24,214 bases of DNA from a virus (IMGVR_UViG_2695420649_000003), one strand, 5' to 3'; counted from the first letter of the stretch, positions 1-9,684 are shown. A program made the numbers and translations. Notes: generated by a model from the sequence alone, not told the origin.

Positions 1-38
1 TGGAGCGGACAATCCAAATGGCGAATTACCGTCTTATA

Positions 39-365
39 TCACTGGCGCTGACACTTCATCACCTCCGGACGTAAATCACCATCCTTTGGTGCATTCAGAA
101 ACGCGTTCAGTGTCCCCGGTGCATCAGTCGGTGCCACATCAATATCCCCGACACGGGTTGGCTGCCAGCCGTTACAGTGAAGCGCAACCTCGTAATACCC
201 CGGCTCAGCCTCAATCACATAAGCACCGTTATTGTCCGTCACGCAAGTGGCAACAACGTGTGCCACAACGGTCGGACTGGTTCTTCTGGCCCGCAGTTCA
301 ATCGCACAATTTACGACAGGTTTACCCGCCCCATCTTTCAGTACACCTGAAATCTTTACTGCCAT
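39..365 (-). CDS. stf: Side tail fibre protein (Stf) N-terminal domain; ORF stops after ~108 aa, so truncated or disrupted
   Basis: Translation from the internal Met (MAVKISGVLKDGAGKPV...) matches the conserved N-terminus of lambda-type Stf as I recall it. It lies immediately downstream of lom, as in lambda. TGA stop at 39..41; no Stf-like continuation in the other two frames of the remaining 38 nt. Confidence 0.6.
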   Translation of the reverse strand: MAVKISGVLKDGAGKPVVNCAIELRARRTSPTVVAHVVATCVTDNNGAYVIEAEPGYYEVALHCNGWQPTRVGDIDVAPTDAPGTLNAFLNAPKDGDLRPEVMKCQRQ

Positions 366-428
366 ATTCACCCCACAAAAAGCCCGCCTGAACCAGCGGG
401 CAGTCATAACACTGTGTTACCTGGCTAA

Positions 429-1028
429 TCAGAACTTATAACCGACACCCACGATGAAACCGTCAGTGCGCCAGTCACCACTGCCGGAACCTTCATAAGC
501 AAGGTCAATGGCCACGGATTCGGTCGGGTTAAACTGCACGCCAGCCCCCCACGCCAGAGACGTGTTGCTGTGGCGACCGCCATCACTTCCGGTCAGCACA
601 TCGTGCGTTTTCCCCTTGTTGTCAGTTACGCGGAGATAATCCCCGGAGAAGGTCGACACACGGCTGTAAGCCACGCCCGCCATCGCATACGCGCTGAACC
701 ATTCATTCACGCGCACAGACGGCCCCGCCATCACGCTGAACCAGCGGTTACGCACGGAATCCTCATGCCAGCGGGTATCGCTGTAATGCGTTTTTTGCTC
801 ATCTTCAGCGTTGGCATAACTGAATGACGTAATCAGCCCCAGCGTGTCCGTAAACTCATAACGGTATTTCACGTTAATGCCCTTCAGGTCATCGCTGCCT
901 GGCATATCAGTATGGGTCTGAAGATACCCGGCGCTCAGCGTGGACTGATGTTCAGACGCCCATGCAGGCGCACCGGATACGGCCAGGCAAATGGCTGCGG
1001 ACAAAATGGCTGCACAAACTTTACGCAT
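429..1028 (-). CDS. lom: Lom outer-membrane beta-barrel protein (Ail/Lom family), 199 aa, full length
   Basis: ORF-track protein begins with the signal peptide MRKVCAAILSAAICLAVSGAPAWA and ends in ...GFIVGVGYKF, a typical beta-barrel terminus. Recognisable lambda Lom homologue in the expected position after J. Confidence 0.9.
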   Translation of the reverse strand: MRKVCAAILSAAICLAVSGAPAWASEHQSTLSAGYLQTHTDMPGSDDLKGINVKYRYEFTDTLGLITSFSYANAEDEQKTHYSDTRWHEDSVRNRWFSVMAGPSVRVNEWFSAYAMAGVAYSRVSTFSGDYLRVTDNKGKTHDVLTGSDGGRHSNTSLAWGAGVQFNPTESVAIDLAYEGSGSGDWRTDGFIVGVGYKF

Positions 1029-1052
1029 AATTACCTCTCGCTTTTCTGCAAT

Positions 1053-1076
1053 AAAAAAGGCACCATTTCTGGTGCC
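1053..1076 (-). terminator. Rho-independent terminator between J-like copy and lom (hairpin GGCACC/GGTGCC then T-run on the minus strand)
   Basis: Plus strand reads aaaaaa-GGCACC-atttct-GGTGCC; on the minus-strand transcript this is a 6-bp stem hairpin followed by UUUUUU. Sits 20 nt downstream of the J-like stop and upstream of the lom start. Confidence 0.55.
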
Positions 1077-1095
1077 CGTATCTGGGTTATAAAAT

Positions 1096-2202
1096 TCAGC
1101 TAATCGTGATGCCTGCAGTGGCTTTCTTCATCACCACAACCAGCAAATCGCTGATACTTGCTGTGGGATACCAGCCATTTACCAGCCATGCCGATACAGA
1201 AAACTCCAGCGTCATGTGACCGTGACCGGCAGGCATATCAATAACACCCGTATATATCAGCGTATTATCCAGGGTCGTTCGGTTATAAATTTCAGCACCG
1301 TTTTTCTTCACTATCAGGCGGCATGACGAATAAATATTGTTATTCTTCCGCTCATGTTTAGCACCGCGAAACGCCACCGCGGGAATAACAATTTGCCGAT
1401 CAAACGGCTGATCGTCATAAACCCTGACGGTAATGGTCCCTGATGGCCACCTCTCCGGTGCCCGGGAGTCCCGTGGGAAAGGTTTGCCCACTGTTTTAAC
1501 GAGATCGCCTTCAATCTGGTTCGCGGACAATTTTCCCAGAACCCGACAGTTCTTATTAATCGTGACGTTGTTGAGCGTCCCGGAGTTCGCGTTCACGTTA
1601 CCGCTGATATCGGCATTTTTCGCCGTCAGCCGTCCGCCAGGTGTCAGGGAAAATGCCGGAGGATTACCGCCGCTGGTAATGGTCGGAGCCGTCAGGCATT
1701 TCAGGAACACGTCGTTCATGAATATCTGATCGCCCTGACCAACAAACATCGGCTTTGTGTTGCCATTCGCAGGATTAATCATCGCAATCCTGTCTGCCGC
1801 CAGCAGCACCTGACTCTGCATTCCTGCTGGCGTATTCTCAATACCGGCACCGATACCCGCAATATAAAGGCGTCCGTCCTTCATCTGTTGCAGCTTCACA
1901 GCCCACATGCTGTTCAGGTTATTATTTGTATCAACCTGAACTTTCTGTATCTGCTGGATTGCAGCACTCTGATTTTCCAGTTTTTTATTGACGGTTTGCG
2001 TGATTTCATTGCTGACATTCGTAATGGACGTCCTGATTTCAGTCAGGTCCGGCGCAAGCTGACCGTTATCAATCTGCGTCCACAACTCCTTGCCGAGATG
2101 CGTTTTATTGATCAACCCTTTATAAAAATTCAGATAACCTTCTGCATCATCGCTCGCCCGACCGATGGCCTCCACAAATGCCGATTTGCCAACGGTGTTC
2201 AC
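1096..2202 (-). CDS. J: C-terminal portion (368 aa) of a second J-type tail-tip host-specificity protein with a distinct C-terminal domain; partial copy
   Basis: Protein aligns with the last ~370 aa of the full J at 4110..7607 (shared [37 protein letters not shown]..) but diverges over the last ~150 aa. Upstream continuity is broken by the N-run at 2357..2407. Confidence 0.75.
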   Translation of the reverse strand: MNTVGKSAFVEAIGRASDDAEGYLNFYKGLINKTHLGKELWTQIDNGQLAPDLTEIRTSITNVSNEITQTVNKKLENQSAAIQQIQKVQVDTNNNLNSMWAVKLQQMKDGRLYIAGIGAGIENTPAGMQSQVLLAADRIAMINPANGNTKPMFVGQGDQIFMNDVFLKCLTAPTITSGGNPPAFSLTPGGRLTAKNADISGNVNANSGTLNNVTINKNCRVLGKLSANQIEGDLVKTVGKPFPRDSRAPERWPSGTITVRVYDDQPFDRQIVIPAVAFRGAKHERKNNNIYSSCRLIVKKNGAEIYNRTTLDNTLIYTGVIDMPAGHGHMTLEFSVSAWLVNGWYPTASISDLLVVVMKKATAGITIS

Positions 2203-2252
2203 ACTGCGAACGTAAAAATAATAATCATGGCCCGGCCTGATATTGATACTGG

Positions 2253-2511
2253 CGGCTATCCAGTACAGCGCCGTGCCAAGATAGCGTGCTGTGGTTTCAA
2301 CCTGCCTGATATCCGCAATCCGCTTTTCCGAGAACCAGAACTCAAACTGTACCGTCNNNNNNNNNNNNNNNNNNNNNNNNNNNNNNNNNNNNNNNNNNNN
2401 NNNNNNNCGGCTATCCAGTACAGCGCCGTGCCAAGATAGCGGGCGCTGGTTTCAACCTGCCTGATATCCGCAATCCGCTTTTCCGAAAACCAGAACTCAA
2501 ACTGCACCGTC
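2253..2511. repeat. 51-N gap (2357..2407) flanked by two near-identical 104-bp direct copies (2253..2356 and 2408..2511)
   Basis: Both flanks read cggctatccagtacagcgccgtgccaagatagcg...aactcaaactg(t/c)accgtc and differ at only a few positions. The left copy is identical to 5283..5386 in the full J gene. Pattern is typical of two overlapping contig ends joined with Ns. Confidence 0.85.
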
Positions 2512-3590
2512 GGGTCATATACAGCCAGTTTCGGGACCGCCGTTATCTGAAAATACCCCGGTATCAGTTCAATAGTGACAGGCGCTGCCGGTGCCGCAAT
2601 CCGGAACGATACCGACGCCGGATCGCCCTGCTGCCCCCGGGCATTTACCGCCCGGACTGTCAGACTGTAATTCCCCAGCGCCAGCTGCCTGAAGCGGTAT
2701 GTGGTTTCCGTCGTCCTGGCTGTGCTGACCAGCCGCTCACTGCCGTCGTCCGCTGCCACGGTCAGGCGAAGCAGGAAGCTCACACCCTTCACCACCTTCG
2801 GCGTGTCCCATCGCGCCAGCACCTGATATTCCCCGCTGTCTGCGGTGACTTCGGCAGTCAGGTGCTGCACCGCTGGCGGCGTGACACCATTCACCGTGCC
2901 GCGCCGGTCACCGTCAAAGTGTGCCCCGTTATCCACGATGGCCTCTTTTTCCGGCACATGCTGCACGGCGGTGATGGCATACGTGCCGTCGTCGTTCTCA
3001 CGGATACTCACGCAGCGGAACAGACGCTGGCGCAGCGTCGGCAGCTTCAGCCCCCACACGCTGTATTCTGCAACGCCGTCAGGAACCCGGCTCACTTTCA
3101 CCTTCACGCCGTCGGTGACGGACTGGACCTCCACGCTGACCGGATTGCCACTTCCGTCAACCAGGCTTATCAGCGTGGTACCGGAGGACGGCAGCGTGAT
3201 TTCACGGTCGAGCGTCAGCGTCCGGGTCTGGCTGTTCACCGCCAGTACGCGACCACCGGTGCTGATACCGGCATAATCATCATCGCAGATTTCAATGACA
3301 TCACCCGGTACATGGCGAAGCCCTTCTGCGCCCACGCTGAAGTCCACGGTCTGCGTTTCCAGCAGTTCCGTTTTAATCAGCCACAGCCCGGCTCGGTGTG
3401 CCTGCCCCCGGCTGGTACAGCCAAAGGCATCCATCTTCGTGACATTACGACCGTAACGGGCAATGGCCTGCGTATCCTCCACAAGCTCTGTCGCCGTCTC
3501 CCAGCCGTTATCTGGGTCAATCCAGTTCACCTCAACGGCATTATGGCGGTCCTTCAGGGCGCTGAAGCTGTAGCGGAACGGCGCGCCATC
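2256..3590 (-). pseudogene. J: Central portion of a J-like tail-tip gene (equivalent to J residues ~378-800), lacking its 5' end and interrupted by the N gap
   Basis: ORF 2256..3530 ([23 protein letters not shown]...) parallels the full J protein ([32 protein letters not shown]...). DNA homology to 6420..6471 continues to 3590, then stops abruptly at the 'n' at 3591. Frame is lost at the N-run. Confidence 0.7.
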
Positions 3591-3591
3591 N

Positions 3592-4039
3592 CATCACTTC
3601 CGGTCAGCACATCGTGCGTTTTCCCCTTATTGTCAGTTACGCGGATATAATCCCCGGAAAAAGTCGACACACGGCTGTAAGCCACACCCGCCATCGCATA
3701 CGCGCTGAACCATTCATTCACGCGCACAGACGGCCCCGCCATCACGCTGAACCAGCGGTTACGCACGGAATCTTCATGCCAGCGGGTATCGCTGTAACGG
3801 GTCAGCTGGCGATTCTTGTCTCCTGCATAGCTGAATGACGTCACCAGCCCCAGCGTATCCGTAAACTCATAACGGTATTTCACGTTAATCCCGTTCAGAT
3901 CATCACTGCCGGGAACGTTGGTCCGGGCATGAAGATACCCCGCGCTCAGCGTGGACTGATGTTCAGACGCCCATGCAGGCGCACCGGATACGGCCAGGCA
4001 AATGGCTGCGGACAAAATGGCTGCACAAACTTTACGCAT
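3592..4039 (-). pseudogene. lom: lom second allele, N-terminal ~149 codons only; 3' end replaced by J-like sequence at an 'n' junction
   Basis: Protein MRKVCAAILSAAICLAVSGAPAWASEHQSTLSAGYLHARTNVPGSDDLNGINVKYRYEF... is Lom-like up to ...THDVLTGSD, then the sequence switches to J-like DNA at position 3591. Differs from the lom at 429..1028 in a patch at residues ~36-80. Confidence 0.7.
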
Positions 4040-4063
4040 AATTACCTCTCGCTTTTCTGCAAT

Positions 4064-4087
4064 AAAAAAGGCGTCATTCCTGACGCC
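4064..4087 (-). terminator. Rho-independent terminator downstream of J (hairpin GGCGTCA/TGACGCC then T-run on the minus strand)
   Basis: Plus strand reads aaaaaa-GGCGTCA-ttcc-TGACGCC. Same architecture and position as the hairpin at 1053..1076 but with a different stem sequence. Confidence 0.55.
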
Positions 4088-4109
4088 ATTTATTGGGGTT
4101 ATAAATATT

Positions 4110-7100
4110 TCAACGAATACTGATGCCGGAAGCCGCTTTTTTGGTCACAATCACCGTACAGTCGGTGATATTGCCTGCCCCCTGATTGCCTTTCTGGAAA
4201 ATCTTAAACTCCAGAGTGACGCTACCACCACCACTAGGCATATCAATAACTGCACTGTAACTACCGGGAATGGCACCTTTAGTTTCTCTGGATGCGATTA
4301 ATACGCCGTTTTTGCGAACTTCAAAACCATAACCCGTGTATCGCGTGCCTCCTGGGTTATTTCCGCTCCCCGGATCGTCATACGCTATACCGTTAAAAAT
4401 AATGGGCGGAATAATAATCTGGCGGTCAAAGTTATGATCATCGCTTATGGTGACTGTAACCGTCCCGTTTGGTGTTTCCGTGTTACCCCACGTACCAGCC
4501 TGTTTCGGAAATGATTTGGATACAGCTTTAACGAAGTCACCTCTGACCTGAGTCGCCTCCAGCATGCCCTTAATCGTACAGTTTTCATTTACCGTGACAT
4601 TGTTGAGCGTCCCGGCGTTCGCATTCACACTGCCACTGATATCCGCATTTTTAGCGGTCAGCTTTCCGTCCGGAGTCAGGGAAAATGCCGATGGATTTCC
4701 ACCGCTGGTAATGGTGGGGGCCGTCAGGCGTTTCAGGAACACGTCGTTCATGAATATCTGATCGCCCTGACCAACAAACATCGGTTTTGTGTTGCCATTC
4801 GCAGGATTAACCATCGCAATCCTGTCCGCCGCCAGCAGCACCTGACTCTGCATGCCGTCAGGGGTGTTCTCAATACCGGCACCAATACCCGCGATATAAA
4901 GGCGTCCGTCCTGCATCTGCTGCAGCTTCACAGCCCACATGCTGTTCAGGTTATTATTTGTATCAACCTGAACCTTCTGTATCTGCTGAATTGCCGCACT
5001 CTGGTCTTCCAGTTTCTTATTGACGGTCTGCGTGATTTCATTGCTGACATCCGTAATGGACGTCCTGATTTCAGCCAGGTCAGGCGCAAGCTGACCGTTA
5101 TCAATCTGCGTCCACAGCTCCTGAGCCAGATGGGTTTTCCCTATCTCGCCTTTGAAAAAATCCAGATAACCGGATGCATCATCACTCGGCTGACCAACAG
5201 CCTCCACGAATGCCGATTTGCCAACGGTGTTCACACTGCGGATATAAAAGTAATAATCATGGCCCGGTTTGATATTGATACTGGCGGCTATCCAGTACAG
5301 CGCCGTGCCAAGATAGCGTGCTGTGGTTTCAACCTGCCTGATATCCGCAATCCGCTTTTCCGAGAACCAGAACTCAAACTGTACCGTCGGATCATAAACC
5401 GCAAGATGCGGCGTGGCGGTTATCTGAAAATAGCCCGGCGTCAGCTCAATCCGCGACAGCGCTGCCGGTGCGGCAATCCGGAACGATACCGACGCCGGAT
5501 CGCCCTGCTGCCCCCACGCATTTACTGCCCGGACTGTCAGCCTGTAGTTCCCCAGCGCCAGTTGTGTGAAGCGGTAAGTGGTTTCCGTCGTCCGGGCCGT
5601 GCTGACCAGCCGCTCACTGCCGTCATCCGCTGTTACGGTCAGACGGAGCAGGAAGCTCACGCCCTTCACCACCTTCGGCGTGTCCCAGCGCGCCAGCACC
5701 TGATATTCCCCGCTGTCTGCGGTGACTTCGGCAGTCAGGTGCTGCACCGCTGGCGGCGTGACACCATTCACCGTGCCGCTCTGGTCGCCGTCAAAGTGCG
5801 CCCCGTTATCCACGATGGCTTCTTTTTCCGGCACATGCTGCACGGCGGTGATGGCATACGTGCCGTCGTCGTTCTCACGGATACTCACGCAGCGGAACAA
5901 TCGCTGGTGCAGCGTCGGCAGCTTCAGCCCCCACACGCTGTATTCAGCAACACCGTCAGGAACACGGCTCACTTTTACCTTCACGCCGTCGGTGACGGAC
6001 TGGACCTCCACGCTGACCGGATTCCCCTGCCCGTCAACCAGGCTTATCAGCGTGGTGCCGGAGGATGGCAGCGTGATTTCACGGTCGAGCGTCAGCGTCC
6101 GGGTCTGGCTGTTCACCGCCAGCACGCGCCCGCCGGTGCGGATACCGGCATAGTCATCATCGCAGATTTCAATGACATCGCCCGGTACATGACGAAGCCC
6201 TTCAGCACCCACGCTGAAATCCACGGTCTGCGTCTCCAGCAGTTCCGTTTTAATCAGCCACAGCCCGGCGCGGTGTGCCTGCCCCCGGCTGGTACAGCCA
6301 AAGGCATCCATCTTCGTGACGTTACGACCGTAACGGACAATGGCCTGCGTATCCTCCACAAGCTCTGTCGCCGTCTCCCAGCCGTTATCCGGGTCAATCC
6401 AGTTCACCTCAACGGCATTATGGCGGTCTTTCAGGGCGCTGAAACTGTAGCGGAACGGCGCGCCATCATCCGGCATCACCACATTACTGCGGTTATAGGC
6501 CCACACCTTATCCGACTGTCGGTCCTGCACGAACGTCAGCGTCTGCCCGTTCCATACCGGCATACAGCGCATCGCCGAGCAGAAATCACTGAGCACATCC
6601 CACGCCTTGCGCTGTGTGGTCAGCCAGGCATTACAGGTGATGCGCGGCTCCGTGCTGCCAAAGCCGTCCGGCACCGACTGGTCACAGTACTGGCCGATGA
6701 CATACAGCGCCCATTTATCCACATCTGCCGCACCAAGACGTTTCCCCATGCCATAGCGCGGATGGGTCAGCATATCCCACAGACACCAGGCCATGTTGTT
6801 GCTGTATGCCGGTTTTAACGTTCCGTCCCAGATACCGCTGTATTGCCGCGTCTGCGGGTTATAGTTCGACGGCACCTGCAGAATGCGCCCGCGAAGATGA
6901 TAATTACGGCTCACCTGCTGGCTGCCGAACTGCTCCGAATCCACCTGTACGCCGACCAGTGCCGTGTTCGGGTAGCACTGTTTCACATCGATGATTTCGG
7001 TGTACGACGACCAGAGCGTTTTGTTCTGCAGCTGGTCTGTGGTGCTGTCCGGCGTCATTCTGCGCATCCGGATATTAAACGGGCGCGGCGGCAGGTTATC

Positions 7101-7607
7101 CACCACCACCGAGGCCAGATACTGCGAGGTGGTTTTGCCCTTAATGGTGATGTCTTTTTCCGTCACCCAGCCACCGTTACGCTGTATCTGAACCAGCAGG
7201 CGAACTTCAGACGGATTCCTGTCTCCCTTTGAGGTGGTTTCCACCAGTGCCTGTACACCGAAGGTAAAACGCAGTCGGTCAATGTTTGCCGACGTGATGG
7301 TCCGGGTGATCGGCGTGTCATATTTCACTTCCGTACCCAGCACCGTCTCGGAGCCGGAGGATTCAAATCCCTCCGGCGGTGACTGCTCCTGCTCACCTGC
7401 CCGGAACACCACCGTGACGCCGGAGATGTTGGTATTCCCCTCACTGTCCAGCACCGGCGTACTGTTCAGCAGCACGCTTTTTAATCCATCCACCGGACCT
7501 TCAACCGGCCCTTCGCTGATGGCATCGATCACACTCAGCAGCTGCGTGGACTTCAGGTTGTCCTTCGCTTCGCGCGGGGTATGCCCCTTACTGCTGCCTT
7601 TACCCAT
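4110..7607 (-). CDS. J: Tail tip / host-specificity protein J (central tail fibre), 1165 aa
   Basis: N-terminus [34 protein letters not shown]... matches lambda gpJ as I recall it. Lies after I in lambda order and contains fibronectin-type-III-like repeats. The last ~155 aa differ from the partial copy at 1096..2202. Confidence 0.95.
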   Translation of the reverse strand: MGKGSSKGHTPREAKDNLKSTQLLSVIDAISEGPVEGPVDGLKSVLLNSTPVLDSEGNTNISGVTVVFRAGEQEQSPPEGFESSGSETVLGTEVKYDTPITRTITSANIDRLRFTFGVQALVETTSKGDRNPSEVRLLVQIQRNGGWVTEKDITIKGKTTSQYLASVVVDNLPPRPFNIRMRRMTPDSTTDQLQNKTLWSSYTEIIDVKQCYPNTALVGVQVDSEQFGSQQVSRNYHLRGRILQVPSNYNPQTRQYSGIWDGTLKPAYSNNMAWCLWDMLTHPRYGMGKRLGAADVDKWALYVIGQYCDQSVPDGFGSTEPRITCNAWLTTQRKAWDVLSDFCSAMRCMPVWNGQTLTFVQDRQSDKVWAYNRSNVVMPDDGAPFRYSFSALKDRHNAVEVNWIDPDNGWETATELVEDTQAIVRYGRNVTKMDAFGCTSRGQAHRAGLWLIKTELLETQTVDFSVGAEGLRHVPGDVIEICDDDYAGIRTGGRVLAVNSQTRTLTLDREITLPSSGTTLISLVDGQGNPVSVEVQSVTDGVKVKVSRVPDGVAEYSVWGLKLPTLHQRLFRCVSIRENDDGTYAITAVQHVPEKEAIVDNGAHFDGDQSGTVNGVTPPAVQHLTAEVTADSGEYQVLARWDTPKVVKGVSFLLRLTVTADDGSERLVSTARTTETTYRFTQLALGNYRLTVRAVNAWGQQGDPASVSFRIAAPAALSRIELTPGYFQITATPHLAVYDPTVQFEFWFSEKRIADIRQVETTARYLGTALYWIAASINIKPGHDYYFYIRSVNTVGKSAFVEAVGQPSDDASGYLDFFKGEIGKTHLAQELWTQIDNGQLAPDLAEIRTSITDVSNEITQTVNKKLEDQSAAIQQIQKVQVDTNNNLNSMWAVKLQQMQDGRLYIAGIGAGIENTPDGMQSQVLLAADRIAMVNPANGNTKPMFVGQGDQIFMNDVFLKRLTAPTITSGGNPSAFSLTPDGKLTAKNADISGSVNANAGTLNNVTVNENCTIKGMLEATQVRGDFVKAVSKSFPKQAGTWGNTETPNGTVTVTISDDHNFDRQIIIPPIIFNGIAYDDPGSGNNPGGTRYTGYGFEVRKNGVLIASRETKGAIPGSYSAVIDMPSGGGSVTLEFKIFQKGNQGAGNITDCTVIVTKKAASGISIR

Positions 7608-7667
7608 TCGTCATGCTCCATAAACGATAAAACCGCCCGGAGGCGATTTCACATAAAACATTTTGCA

Positions 7668-8339
7668 TCAGCGACCAATCACCACAACCTGACCACCGTC
7701 CCCTTCGTCTGCCGTGCTGATCTCCTGAGATACCACACGTGACCCCACGCGCATTTCACCATACAGAACAGGCATAACATTGCCCTGGGCAACCATGTTA
7801 TCCAGTGAGGAGAAATAGGTGTTCTGCTTACCGTTATCCGTTGTCTGTGTGCGGGGAGTTCTGGCTTTCGGTGCCAGCATCTGAGCCACACCGCCGAGCA
7901 CCATACTGGCACCGAGAGAAAACAGAATGCCGGTCATACCACCGGCACCAATGGCAGCCCCCCATGCTGCAAGGGTGGCTCCGGCGGTAAAGAATGATCC
8001 GGCAATGGCGGCTGCTCCCAGGACAATCTGGAATACACCACCTGACTTGGCCCCGGCGACTCTGGGAACAATATGAATCACAGCGCCGTCAGGCAGAGCC
8101 TCATGTAACTGTGCCGTTAATCCGGACGTGCTAACATCCTGCCCGGCAATACGCACCTGATACCAGCCGTCGCTCAGCTTCTGACGAAACGCAGGGAGCT
8201 GTGTGGCCATCGCCCGGATGGCTTCGGCACCCGTTTTCACACGAAGGTCGATGCGGCGGCCAAATCGTTGCAAATCCCCGTAAAGGCAGATGCGTGCCAT
8301 GCCCGGTGACGCCAGAGGGAGTGTGTGCGTCGCTGCCAT
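7668..8339 (-). CDS. I: Tail assembly protein I, 223 aa
   Basis: Length and position match lambda gpI. Overlaps the 3' end of K by ~103 nt in another frame, as in lambda. Hydrophobic Gly/Ala-rich C-terminal half. Confidence 0.9.
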   Translation of the reverse strand: MAATHTLPLASPGMARICLYGDLQRFGRRIDLRVKTGAEAIRAMATQLPAFRQKLSDGWYQVRIAGQDVSTSGLTAQLHEALPDGAVIHIVPRVAGAKSGGVFQIVLGAAAIAGSFFTAGATLAAWGAAIGAGGMTGILFSLGASMVLGGVAQMLAPKARTPRTQTTDNGKQNTYFSSLDNMVAQGNVMPVLYGEMRVGSRVVSQEISTADEGDGGQVVVIGR

Positions 8340-8980
8340 TTGTCGGTATACCTCTCTCGTTTGCTCAGTTGTTCAGGAATATGGTGCAGCAGCTCGCCGT
8401 CACCACAGTAAATGGCGGCATGATTCGGCACCGATGAACCAAAACAGCACAGCAGCACATCGCCCGGCTGCGCCGCTGACAACGGCACCTGATACAGCCC
8501 TGTGGCCTCCAGATTATCCAGATAGAGATTCTGACCGTGACGCCACCAGTCATCCTCACGATGAAAATCCGGCATCTCAATCCCCGCCAGATGGTAAGCA
8601 TCCCGGAACAGCGTGTAACAGTCCGTCACCCCGTGCTCAAAGCGCCGCCCGGTAAGATGTGGCACACAGCGGAACTTGTGAATCGCCCCCCGGCAGACCA
8701 GCCACCACGGCAAATCACTCTGCACCTGCAGCCGCCGGTCGGCCTCACTCAGCCAGGGCAGACCACCGGGGTGGCTGTGGACCAGTGCCACAATCTCACC
8801 CTGCATCTCTGCCTGCAGCCAGTCTTCCGGCGACATACGGAAATACGCCTCCGGCTCACCGGAGATATTCACGCAGGGGAAATATCTTTCCCCCTCCGGC
8901 GTTCTTACCACGAAGCCGCACGACTCCGCTGGAGCACATCGCCGGGCGTGCGCCAGAATCGCTGATTCTGTCTCTGTCAT
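8237..8980 (-). CDS. K: Tail tip assembly protein K, MPN/JAMM plus NlpC/P60 two-domain protein (247-aa long form)
   Basis: ORF starts 6 nt after the L stop with MTETESAILAHARRC.... Contains a JAMM motif (HSHPGGLPWLSEAD) and Cys/His NlpC/P60-like motifs (DCYTLF, NHAAIY). An alternative internal start at Met49 (8836) would give the 199-aa product. Confidence 0.85.
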   Translation of the reverse strand: MTETESAILAHARRCAPAESCGFVVRTPEGERYFPCVNISGEPEAYFRMSPEDWLQAEMQGEIVALVHSHPGGLPWLSEADRRLQVQSDLPWWLVCRGAIHKFRCVPHLTGRRFEHGVTDCYTLFRDAYHLAGIEMPDFHREDDWWRHGQNLYLDNLEATGLYQVPLSAAQPGDVLLCCFGSSVPNHAAIYCGDGELLHHIPEQLSKRERYTDKWQRRTHSLWRHRAWHASAFTGICNDLAAASTFV

Positions 8981-8985
8981 GGGAT

Positions 8986-9684
8986 TTACTGCGAAAGTTT
9001 GTTAATGGAAAGGAAGCCGCCAAAGTTGCCGACGTTATTGCGAAACTTACAGCCACTCAGGCATTTGCTGCATTTATCCTTCGTGATGTCGGACGTTGGC
9101 TGGTCATATTCATCCGCGACCGCCGGACCGTGATAACCGCACTCATCGCCGCGATAGGTCCAGGTGCAGGTGTTGGCCAGCATGATACGTCCCGGAAAAA
9201 CAGCGCCATCTGTTTCCGTCGGCGTGGACAGTACAAAAGAGGCACTCACCGCGCTCAGTTCGCTGCACTGCTCAATGCGCCAGCGGCTGATCACCTCCTG
9301 CTCCGGATCGGCGTCACTGTTTCCGTTGACGAAGTTCACCGCATCCAGAAAACGGGCGTAAACCTTACGCCGGACCACCGTTCCGCCGACCAGACTCTGT
9401 AGATCTTCCGCCATCCCGGTGACCATACCGTACAGGTTAGAAACCATCAGCGTGGGGCGCGTACTGGTGCCTTTGCCATTCAGTTCAAAACCACTCCCCT
9501 GAATGGGATACGGCTGATACTGTCGCCCCTGCCAGGTGACCGGCTCACCTTTTTCGTTCTGCTCATTACAGAAAAAATAACGTTCTCCACCGACCTCTGT
9601 CAGATCGATTTCCCAGAGCACCACGCTGGCCGACTGCTCCGCACGGGTGCATTCATTCAGTGTTTCCTGCCGGATATCCTGCAT
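8986..9684 (-). CDS. L: Minor tail protein L, 232 aa
   Basis: MQDIRQETLNECTRAEQSASVVLWEIDLTEVGGERYFFCNEQNEKGEPVTWQGRQYQPYPIQGSGF... matches lambda gpL as I recall it, between M and K in lambda order. Confidence 0.93.
   Translation of the reverse strand: MQDIRQETLNECTRAEQSASVVLWEIDLTEVGGERYFFCNEQNEKGEPVTWQGRQYQPYPIQGSGFELNGKGTSTRPTLMVSNLYGMVTGMAEDLQSLVGGTVVRRKVYARFLDAVNFVNGNSDADPEQEVISRWRIEQCSELSAVSASFVLSTPTETDGAVFPGRIMLANTCTWTYRGDECGYHGPAVADEYDQPTSDITKDKCSKCLSGCKFRNNVGNFGGFLSINKLSQ

Noticed and set aside
2862-3650. 262-aa plus-strand ORF, plus the smaller 2845..3276 and 5722..6153 ORFs
   Set aside because: Antisense to J and J-like sequence; the same spurious frame appears in both J copies. 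Crosses the 'n' at 3591.
429-4100. Interpreting the second J/lom copy as a confirmed biological tandem duplication
   Set aside because: Not rejected outright, but downgraded. N characters sit exactly at both ends of the extra block, and the duplicated 104-bp flanks make a scaffolding artefact at least as likely.
5130-6818. 562-aa plus-strand ORF
   Set aside because: Lies entirely antisense to J, which has strong homology-based support. Arg/Pro/His-rich low-complexity translation typical of a GC-rich antisense frame, with no recognisable domain.
8659-9402. 247-aa plus-strand ORF
   Set aside because: Antisense to K and L, which match lambda proteins; Arg/Pro/Ala-rich translation with no domain features.
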